DNA of 64,000 nucleotides, taken from positions 98,692 to 162,691 of IMG/VR virus record IMGVR_UViG_3300028048_000053; one strand, 5' to 3'. The translations under genes were made by a program, and so were the position numbers. This document shows positions 33,389-44,600 of the stretch, one piece after another (the stretch's first letter is position 1; each line of letters starts with the position of its first letter). Source of the DNA: a virus. The notes under the pieces are model-generated. The model was given only the letters and a program-made list of their open reading frames with translations, had not been told where the DNA came from and searched no databases.

Positions 33389-36300
33389 TCAAACCTCGCT
33401 TCCAAAGCTAATTTCATCCCCTTGCTGCAAAGACCCTGCAATCAAACGTCCCTTAACATATGCCGTTTTTCCCTGTCTAATGTCTCTACTTGTTGCATTT
33501 GCACTACTAGTATCGACAATGTAATCTACTTCTTCTGGAATATTTTCTGAAGACTAGTTAATAACTGGAACCAATGCACCATTTTCCTCATTTATATTTA
33601 TTTCTCCGACTTCTATTATCATTCTATCCTTATCTACATATAAAGAACCAATAGCATCCAAGAAATCAGTAGTGTTACCAATTCCAATAGCAGTAAGATT
33701 ATTATAGTTAAAATCAGCAACTTCATATGCTTGGCACTAAAAACTGTGTATCATGCGGCCGAGCTAGTCCTGTGGCGTTAGAGAGACATTCATCAATCGC
33801 ACTATAAAGTTTCCCTCATAAGGAGATTTAAACATTTTTATAGTGCCACTATTCAACCATTCTAGCAAAGCCATTTTGTATTCTCGTTCAACGCGAACGG
33901 TATACCCAGTTAAACTAGTAGCAAATATGTTACTTCTTATTTCTTGATAAGAAGGTGTCTCATCTCTTGGTGAGTTTTCATTGGAGATATTTATTAGTGT
34001 ATAAATATGATAATCAGTTATTTTTATTTTTCTATAAAAATAACCTGGCTGATTTCCATTTACAAAATTTGCCATAAATTCACCATATGAATCCTGGTAT
34101 AAAGATAAATCTGCCATAGATTTAGGATCTGTTTCAGACCAGTATAACTTTCCACCTCTAGAAAGATAAATTCCGGTTCTACTATTTCTCTCCATGTGGT
34201 CGTAATAGGATGATGTTGATGAATCTAAAAATGCAAGATCTATTTTATTCAACGCTAAATTAGACCAAGGCTATTGTGCTGAAAAATATAAATGTTCATT
34301 ATCTATATGCTGCTCTGACGAAAAATTATCAGATATATCAATAAATTTTAAATTTTTATTATATAAAGAAATTACTTGATAATATTTATAAGAACTGTTA
34401 TTCCAAAAGCCAGCAATTAGAGAACCTATATTATTATCAGTTATTTGTATTAAATCCAACTTTGAGGTTGGCGCAGAAACAGTTGTATAATAAAGATTAT
34501 CCTTGTCAGTTTTAGTGTTTAACTTTCTTAGTGTTAAAGTGTTAATGCCGAGTTCCTAAAAATACTAATCATCTGGAAAAGCTGTAAATATTCTCTTATT
34601 CATTAATACGTCATTGTGATTGGAAACATAAATCTTTTTATCTAAAGGCAAAAATTGATTAGTTTCATCATCATCCATATTGAATGAAATTAATCCGTTA
34701 AGAGGAAATTCTCTGTATTTAACATTACCATTTCTAAAGAAAAAAGGATATTTACTTCCTATTGTATCCATCTTCTGCTCTAAAATAGTTTGTTTAAAAG
34801 AGCTTACTTTAGGATTAAAACGAATCTTAACTTGTTTATCTCCGTCATACAAAAACATATCTTCAAAATCAGAATATACAATATTAGAGGAAGAATAAGA
34901 AGATACATAGCCATATTTGTCGCACAGAGAATATCTGTACTAATGAAAAATTCCTTGCTCAATTGTATAATCGCGGTAAGAAAAATTTCTTAATTCAAAG
35001 GAAGAAGACAAATTAATAATATCAATTTTCTGCCAGGACGTAAAATCATCCCTATCGTCAGCTCGCTGTATTAAAATCGACAAAGGGAGATATTTAAAAT
35101 TATGATGTATTCCAAAATCGTTAGGTAAAAAATCAAAAATATTACGAATATCTAAAACGGTAATAAAATACCATCCGTCGACAGTTCCAAAATATAAAGA
35201 CAAATCTTTCTAATATATTACTTTTTTTAAATAACCTTGTTCTATTAAGTATTCATAATCCACGATATCTCCATCATCAAAGTATTGAGAACCCTAGCCT
35301 GGTAAAAAATAAGTCTCAGAACTATCATAAACTTCTCCATTGCCCACTATCATTCCACGTAAAGGAACTGTATTTGGTATTAATTTGCGAAGCTATGGTA
35401 ATCTCTAGCTCGATCCACGATACTCAAATACTTCTTTGTAACCGTTTAATAAATATGGCGTAATGCTTCCATGGGCAAAAAGTGTCTTACTGTAATTGGT
35501 GTGCGGCAATTCAACAACAAATAGATAATCTGAATCCTCAACTTTAGTAATTTCACTATTCTCATATACTTGTTCAATGTAAGATAACGCCTTTTGTTTA
35601 TTAGTCTGAAATTTTAAAGTAATATAACCGTTATCAAAATCATTGTCCGCGACTAAATCCATGATTTGCCGCACATCCTCAACATATACCAAAGCAATAT
35701 TATATTCTTCTGATTGAATTTCATAATTGTTTATTGTTTTAACGCAATATTTTACTTTATATTTTTCTTGTGGCTCAATATCTGTTTCAAAGGTATATGT
35801 ATCTCTATATACATAGTTTACGCTATTAACAGTATCATCTATTGAGAAATTATGCATCTACCAACCAGAATCTTCAATTACATTATTATCTTTCGATAAT
35901 ATAAACTTAAATTGATACGGTTTCTCTGTTACATCTGGGTTCACATATACTCCTGTGCAAACAGAAGAAAAATAATTTATTTTATGAATATCGTATTGTT
36001 GAATCTCAACAGTTGGGTGCTATGTATACTTTCCAGTAGCAACAGTAGAATAAAACCCAACAACGCTTGTGGTTATGTTAGTAGATGAATCTCTGGTTGT
36101 TTTAACATATGCCATCTGGAACTTATAATACTGACCAACTTTAAATCTTTGAAATACTGTTCTATTTTCACTGGCGTCTCTAATATAAAAAACAGCTTGA
36201 TTGTTTAAAACATCCGGGTCAGTTGCCGTCACTATATAATTATTACTTTGTGCGGTTTTAATTTTTAAATTAAAACTATAAGATATATCGCTGTCGCTTT

Positions 36301-36547
36301 CCGCAGGAACATATGTTTTACTATGTATAAATGGAACAGTTATTTTTATCTAACAAGCATAATATACCTTGTCATTAATAATTTCTGTATCGGTAGATAA
36401 TACATATGAACCATTTACATATTCATAGTATCCGGCAACACTAGGATTTGCGGAAGGGTTTACCTAGATAAATTCTTTACAGAATGCCGGTATCGTGCTA
36501 TCTATAATTGGAGGCTACAATTTTTCTGCAATCGCTTCTATTGGCAT
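33389..36547 (-). CDS. Tail fibre / tailspike protein A (about 1052 aa, about 12 TAG codons)
   Basis: AGGAGGA RBS plus ATG at about 36547. Fragments 36020-36232, 35405-35857, 34940-35203, 34565-34858, 34271-34459 and 33764-34252 share one frame. TGA at about 33389. The C-terminal module is paralogous to part of fibre B. Confidence 0.6.
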
Positions 36548-36552
36548 TAATT

Positions 36553-36706
36553 ATTCCTCCTATCTGTTTTGAATTTGTAAAATTATTTGTTTTAAATTAC
36601 GCAAACAATCTGACATTATTAGGGTGTTTTCACCATTAGTAAAAACACCCAATAGATTGTTATAAACATAAATCAAACTATCTAATTCTTCTTTTTCGAT
36701 CTTCAT
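36553..36706 (-). CDS. Small protein (about 52 aa) between the fibre genes. Possible fibre assembly factor.
   Basis: AAGGAG RBS plus ATG at about 36706. Weak. Confidence 0.25.
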
Positions 36707-36774
36707 TTTTAAACTCCTCTTTCTCTATTATCTATCTTTATAATAGCAAAAATTTTTTATTTAAGCAAAAATAA

Positions 36775-39700
36775 TTAGGAATCAGAATTACCGCCGCCGT
36801 CTACTAAAGCATCGACTCGCGCCTTTAACCTGTTAAAAACTGAAATTTCGACATAACTACTTAAATCTGAAGTTTTGACATAATTACTTAAATCTGAAGT
36901 TTTGACATAATTACTTAAAGATGAGCCGATATAATCAATTAAAGACTAGCCACTCTCGCCTATCCTAATAGCACCGATTAAAAAAATTTGCGTACCTGTA
37001 ATATGAATACCATCGTTTTGACAAGAAACGTAATTTTTTACTTCACCGCTTCCATATTGATATGAAATCGCTGCATTAGACCCTGTGATTTTTACAACAC
37101 TGTTTCCATCACCCTGGGTGCTTACGTGAATTCCCACTCCATCATCACCTTCAGTTGATCCAGGAACTCCGCTACTAACCTATCCAATAGTCCCAAGATT
37201 ATTAATCGTTATATAATTAGTTGAAATACCAGATGCACTACTTAAAACGGTAGAACCCCCGGATAAACTATCGCCATTAATTGTCCATCCACCAATTTGA
37301 CCGGCATCCGCCGAAAGATAACTGGCATAAACTCTACTACTACTGATAACGCCTTCAAATTGTCCACTCTAAATATAAGCAGTACCATCCCATCCAACTC
37401 TAAATTTACGCTAATTAATATTTTCACTCATTCCAATGGATAGGGGGTAGTGTTCTTGATTAACTCCTAATGTTATATATTTATTTGAAGGATTCTCTTC
37501 TCTTTTATAGTACTAAAAATCTACATTATACCGTTCGCCACTCTCCACTTGGCGATATCCCGAAGAATCGCGGTAAAAAAGATTGGAGGAATTAAAAGTC
37601 TCATTGTTGCCAGTAAAATACTAATTCTTGGCGATGTTATTAGAAATATAAGTATACTGTTCTGTATTTTTCACCATTTTAATATATCCGTCATCTATAT
37701 CAAGCAACATTCCCTATGGACTATTCTAATTGGCCCAATTAGACGAAAAAATCTATGATTTTTCTCCATCAAGATAAATGCGGCCACGTCCGTCTTTGCC
37801 GATAAACCCAGTTCCATCATCTTTAAAAGCATATGACATAGCACCATGATTAAAGCCATAAATCCCTGTATTTTTTGTTACAGCAGTTTCTGTACTAGTC
37901 CTAGACCAATCTCCTAGCACCACTCCAGTGAATGTATTGTCCCGTTCCTTGCGGCCGGCTGCAAATCCCGAGGCTACGATCGTTCCAGTATCATTATCTG
38001 TCACTATATCCTTACCATTCCATTTATTTAAAGTTGCAGAAGGATATTTATTTTCGTAGACTAGAATTGGCTAAGTCCATATGGGTACATATTCTAATTC
38101 AGAACCAAGTATATCCTCCATATGTGATACCCCTTCTTCATCCTGCACCTCTTCTTGTCCAATGACAACGTCAATAGTTTTTTCTTCAAAAAACTGTATC
38201 CCATAGGGTAATGCATCGGGAATAAAAATGCTAATAGGATTTAAAACAGGTTTATCAAATGTATCTTCTCCTAGCTTAGTTCCAGTTTCTTGTAAGGCTG
38301 GCTTGAAATTGTTTTCATTATTATCATCTCTCGGAGGAAATAGTAATTTCCAATGTCCATTTAAAGAATTTGTATTGTCGCCATGTCTTTTTGGAACAAA
38401 TTGACCATTTATTAATTCATATGCAGTAATTTGATAAGGATTTTTATAAAAATCTGCCTCTCCAGAAGAACCGTATCTTACTCTATCCGGACCTTCAATA
38501 TACTAAATTGAATATGTTTCAGTTTCACCATTTTTTAAAGCTATTGGATAATAAGATACAAGGTCGTAATCTCCGAAATTTTTTATTGTTAATTGAAGAA
38601 TGAATAAAGAATCCATATCAACATTTGAATCTGCAATGATAGTGACAGTATGATTATCATTATCAACTTCTGCTTTTAATCCACCATCACCCAAAAGATT
38701 TGGATAAATTTTTTCTTTTGCCTCTATTGGTTCATAGTATGTTTCGGCCTCTGAATAACCTTCCCATGGGTCTAGAACAAACTAATCGTTTATTTTAATA
38801 AAGTATCTTTTATTTTTTGAATAATAATACTGCTTATAATACTGGTTCTAGTTATCTTGAAGAAGTCGGATAGGTTCGGCACCATCACCATGATTAGGAT
38901 TATATTCGCCCGTTTCCTAATTTAAGGGATCGCTTGCAAAAGTAACAATCTACCTAAACTCTAATTTATTCTTTTCTTCTTTTTTATAATATACATTTTC
39001 CTCCCAATTAGCTTTCTCTTTAATTTGTCCTTCTGCATCATATACCGTTTCCAATGTATTATATTCTTCTTCATTTGTAATTAAAATATACCCACATTTC
39101 CTATATGGCTAATCTGTTTTGAGATTTATCTCACTTGTAAATTTTTCCGTTTCTGGATCAAATTTTACATAATTATGCGTCGTCTATGATGGATTTTCAA
39201 TAAAATAATAATAACCTGTTGGCTAATATAGAGCATCCGGATTATGTTCTAACCCAAAATTTAATGCATTATCACCGCTTGTAAAAACCGGATAATAAAT
39301 GTCCTATTCTTCTTTTTCCTTTATTCTATGTTCACTTGCTTCATAGCCAAATTCGGCTACATGCCAACTCGCATCAATAGTCGCTCCTCGCGGCCAAGCC
39401 ACTGTATCGCCAGCCTAATCAAAAATCTCTATATCTCCAATAAGAGCAGTTTCTGTTTTTTCCTCGTTATAAGGTTCTAAAAATTCTTCATTGTCATTCT
39501 TACTCAGATTTAAAGCATTCTTACCATCCCTCCAAGTAAGAATAACTTTATAATTAGAGCCATTATCCCCGGCCGTTCCAAATTCTGGCTATACAAAAGC
39601 ATGATAGTTCACGCCGTCTTTAAGGACATCCAACTAAATGGTATTGTTGGTTGCTCCATTATTTAAATGTTTCTTAATGGTAAAACCTACCTCTGTTACA

Positions 39701-41559
39701 CCAGAAAAAACAGTGTCACTTGAAGGAACGGCGTCCTTTGTCGTCCCAGTCATAGGGATAATCATTGTTGAAGAGGTGGGAAATGTCCATGTGATACTGG
39801 TGCACTCTTCAGGGATTAATTCTGCCTTATCATATACATTATTCGTAGAAGGATCAAAAACTGCGACAAGCTTTCTAATCTCACTATCTTCATTCTTGCC
39901 AATATCCCCCGCCTCATTATATAAAAAATAATGCCCTCTTTCATTATCGCCATATTTAATAGCTAAAGCATTCATATCTAAAATTGTGGCCGGATTACTA
40001 ACCTATGTATCATTGGTAAAGGTTAAAATATTAGAGATGGCGATTCGCTAATAGATATTATCAAACTCTTTTTTTAATATAATGGCTTTAATTTGCTCAG
40101 TTTGATAATTAACATTAGGAATAAATTTAATCTATAGCTAGTTGGTTGCTTTGTCATTTTCTTGGGTTTTCCCCCAATCCTAATTCTCATCTGGTTCATC
40201 GGTAACTCCATAGAATCTTTCCCAATGTGCCCCCGCGAATTCATCTGGACTCTATGCCCCTAATTTATATCTATACCAACGTATTTCATAGTCTGTTGAA
40301 AAAATATCATCATACGAAAGAGCTTTTATTATACCGCTACTTTCATCTTTATGAATCCAACGAAGTTGAATATTTTTTGTATTATGGATAGTTCTATCGA
40401 CAATAAAAGTAGCTTGTTCACCACTTCCCAGTTGAGCAACTTTTTTGTAAAAATACCCCTCTTGATTATTTGCAATAAAATCTTGCATAAAATTAAAAGA
40501 TGTTCCAAGATATAAAGATAAGTCAGCTGCAGAAGTTGGTTCAGAATTAGACCAATATAAAGTACCACCCCTAAATAAAAACATCTGAGTTCTACTATTT
40601 TTTTGCATAAAAACATAATATGCAGGAACTTGATTTTTTGTATAAGTCAAATCATTATCGCAATAAATTTCTGCCGCATCATCCTAAAAAGTATCAATAG
40701 GAATACCGACACAAACAAAAGGGTCTTTAACATAAATGTTTGGAGAAACACTATCAAAATCTTCGTCATCTAGTGTAGGTACATCATTTCCCTCATTGTC
40801 TTTAAAATTATTTCTCTAATAAAGATATAATTTCAATCCTACTATTGGGTAATTAACATATTCACTTATATTAAATACCTCTTCTTGAGTATAATATGTT
40901 TCAAAATTATATGGGTCACCAAAAAAACTATCACTATCTAAAAATACATATTTATTCCAGGTCTAATTTAAAGAAGGCTCTTTAAAAGTAATCTATAAAG
41001 CTAAACCATAATTTCCTTGCGCGGTATAATAATCCGCAAGATATGAAGCAAACTATGCCTATACACCGAGCATTAAATACCCCTACAAAGGAGACTTGGT
41101 ATAATCGCCTGTCCAAATAGGAGTTAAACTTACTTCATTAAACTCTTTATCAATGGGCCAAGAGTATTTTGTATCATTATAATTAGCCCAAATCCCCAGT
41201 CCATTTTTATAAGTCGAAGTACTCTTTATTAAATTATTTGATATATTGATAAATTTCTCAAAAGGAGTTTGATAAACCATTGGGTCATTTTGATTTACTA
41301 CTTTCTTACTCACAATTATTTTTTGGTTGTCATAATTCCCTTGTGGAATTGTGACTAAAACGACATCTTTTTCTCGATATTGTGTATCATAGCTATAAGC
41401 TGTAAATTTAGCTGCCCCAGTAGAGACGATATATTCACCAGAGGATGCTTTTTTGGCGTCTGTAACTGTAGCTTCAATAGTTTCGTCAAATTTAATAGAT
41501 TGAATTTTTTTGTCTATTAAAATTCCAACAGCATCAAACAAAGCCTCAGAAATTTCCAT
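36775..41559 (-). CDS. Tail fibre / tailspike protein B (about 1594 aa, about 25 TAG codons)
   Basis: AAGGAG RBS plus ATG 41559. Fragments 41083-41559, 40252-40650, 39634-39975, 38503-38694, 37753-38004 and 36946-37137 share one frame. 41559-36775+1 is divisible by 3. TAA at 36775-36777. C-terminal 9-aa tandem repeats. Confidence 0.6.
36851..36925. repeat. 27-nt tandem repeat, about 2.7 copies (CTACTTAAATCTGAAGTTTTGACATAA), encoding SNYVKTSDL repeats at the C-terminus of fibre B
   Basis: Direct repeats read in the sequence. Confidence 0.7.
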
Positions 41560-41638
41560 ATATACTCACTCCTTTATCTCAGTTATTTCTATAATAATGT
41601 AAAAATTACAAAAGAATAATTGGTCAATTTAGCCCAAT

Positions 41639-41671
41639 AAAAAAATAGGGAAGAGAGTGACTCTCTTCCCT
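41639..41671 (-). terminator. Rho-independent terminator after the tape-measure gene
   Basis: AGGGAAGAGAG-tgac-CTCTCTTCCCT hairpin followed, on the minus strand, by a U-run. Confidence 0.6.
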
Positions 41672-41679
41672 ATTGATTA

Positions 41680-44600
41680 TTAAAAACGATTTGCATACTG
41701 AGAAGCTCTATTAACTAGATTGTTAAATGCTTCTTCAATTTCTAAGTGATTAGATACGTTCGGAAATTCTGCGGTGATGGTGACCGTTTGTTCTAGAGCT
41801 TGCGCTTGATTGCCTAGGCTTGGTAACGCAACACCCGCGGCCGCAGACATTGATAGCGCCTAAAGGTCTATTGCATCGGTAATATCTCGCAAAATCGCAA
41901 CACTGGCCAAGAAGTTTTTAGTATCATCAGCATTAAGAACCAGCTCTTTTTCATGCAGCATTGCTATCTTTCCTTCTGGACCCCAAAAACCGGTATAGCC
42001 TCCAGTATCAAAAGCTACACCCGTGTTACTTTTTGAACTACCATTAGCCGACGATAAACCAGAAAAAGCCTTTTTTAGGTATTCTTCTAAGCTCTCGTAA
42101 AATTCATACTTTCCATTTTGAAATTTAAATAATGTACCTCTTTCTCCCAAGCTTAAATCTTGTTGTTCCATAAATGTATGCGCGCGATTTAGATTATCAA
42201 AATATTTTGTTGTTGGATAACCAGAAGAAGAATACATTATTAATTTATAAGGAGATTGATTATTTTTATTATTGACATTATCTCCCTTAAAATTATTTAA
42301 TGTTCCGTTAGTGCTACCATCATCATTACCAGTTTTGACAGAAGCTGGTGGTGTGGCATAACTTGTACCAGTTGGACTGCCAACTGGGACATCATATACC
42401 GTTTTTTCATGCTTCGTAATTGTATATTCCTTATCTTCTATTTGGGCCAGCTCTTCAAGCATGGTCTAAATTTCTGTATTAATTGCTTGTGCTGCTTCAA
42501 CAGCCCCTCCCTCTTGAAGAAGAGCCGTATACCACTTCTGCCACTCTGCGGTAGCGTCACTAGCTGCAGTAGCTTGCTCTTTAAGAGATGTAATAAGACC
42601 CTTTTCGTCGCCTTCTCCATCAAGTAGAGTAGCTAATACTAGCTTATCAGCCGCTTCAATTTTTCCCAAGGCTGTTTCTAGGCTGCCATAGCGATTAACT
42701 AAACTGCCCTCAAGACTTGCATCTCCAATGGTGTCAGCCAGTAACTGGAGTACTGGTAGATTCTTGGTTTTCATAAGTTCCATTTCGCTGGTAACTTTTT
42801 CCTAGGTTGTTTGGGCATTGGACATAATACCACTATAAAAAGCATCCCACAAAGGATTATTAGTATTAAAGAAATCCTAAGTTTTACCAGTCACATTGGC
42901 AAAATTGGTAGTCCAGAAGCTATCCGAAGCGGTTATATATTCATAGTGTTTTTTTGTTAAATCTTCCCATTCTTTAGACCACGAATCATTTTCTTGAGTA
43001 ATCGAAGTATCCTAAAGAACCTAAGAAGCTATTAAATGGTCTTTGGTATTTGCTAAAATTAAATCATCAAAATACTTTTCTAAAGCGACTCTTTGCTCTA
43101 AATAAACTGGATTGGTCTAATCCGTCACATATTTAAGGTCTAGTTCTCTTAATGCATTGTATTTCTCTTGAGTAATCTAAATTAATTCTTTTGCATTATC
43201 ATTAGCCTATTGCAAAGATAAATTATATAAATCGCTCTATTTTTGCGCCAAATTAGCTTCGGCATCAGAAATATTATCTCTATCAGCAGTATAAACATAA
43301 CCAAAATTACCTTCGTTATCTCTCTATAGACGGACTGTAGACTTTGCATCCCGCGCTTCTTCAAGAGCTAGCTCAGCCTTAAGGACTTCATATTTGGCCT
43401 ACTCGATAGCCAAAGAATTTTTACTTAATTGATTTGTATTTTTAAGATTTTCTAACTCTATAGTAAAATTTCTTAATCTGATTTTAGAGTTTGAATTATT
43501 TGTTTTATCAATGTCTTTATTAACTTGCGAAATTAATTTGCTCATTTCGTAAGCCTAATTCGTTTTAGTTAAATATTTATCACCAAGTTTTTCGGCCAAA
43601 GACATTTGCTGGTTTATAGCATCCCAACCCAAACCGTTGGTATAGGTTTTTTCAATATCCTGATATCCCTATTGAATAGTATTTTTAACTTTTTCAATCA
43701 TTAGAGATATAACTTGATTAAATTTTTCTAATTCATTTTCTTCCGCTTCTTCAAAAGCTTTTGTAATAGCCTTTAATTCGTTTTCTGCTATCGTCAGACC
43801 ATTTCTAGCCGCTTCTATAGCATTCTCGTCTCCAGAAGCAAGAACTTCTTCGTAGAGACGCTTTGCCTCGTCAAAGTCTAACCGACGAGCTTCCTTTTGT
43901 TCCTTATAAGCATCTGTGGTAGCTTTTGCTACTTCTAGCTCTTTTTCTGCGTGATTTAGAGAAGCATCAATAAATTTACCAATCGAAGCAAAATCATCTT
44001 CTTGGGTCAAGGACATATAAATATTTTTCATATGTTCTAACACGGTATTGTTGTGAGCAAGTCTATCGGTAAACCAAGAAATTTTTTCGCCCATTTTCTA
44101 AAGGGTATCGCTGTAATATGTTTTAGCTGTTTCATTTAAATCCTAGATATTACCAAGCTCTTCATAAAGACCATCACTAATTTTTTGAATTTCCTCATAA
44201 TATTCGTCTTGATTAACCTAGCCAGCTGCTAGCAATGTGTTTAGCTCATTATAAGCAGACTAATACCGTTCTATGTTTTCTACAGCAAGGGAGGCTTTTG
44301 AATCGCTGCTCTAAGACCATAATAAAGCTGCTACCTCTCCTGTTTTATATACGTCATCACCCAGTTTAGATAGCTAATACTCAACCTCTTTTAAATCCCT
44401 GGCATTTAATTCAATATGAAATTCTAAATGACTGGTAATTTTTTCCATGCGTAAAGTATTCTGTTGACGTATCTTTTCTTGGTATTCAGTTATCTCTTCA
44501 TAATTTTTATCTATAGTTTTTTCAGTTTGAGAAACTAAATCTTGCAATCCTTGCCACTGTTCTTTTTCATATTTCAAGAAGTTATCATCTTGATAATGAG

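Noticed and set aside
36540-36710. Possible -1 programmed frameshift (U UUA AAA heptamer) fusing a 52-codon upstream ORF to tail fibre A.
   Set aside because: On re-reading, the AGGAGGA-ATG at about 36547 is in frame with the long fibre ORF (MPIEAIAEKL...). No recoding is needed. The earlier impression came from a one-nt indexing slip.
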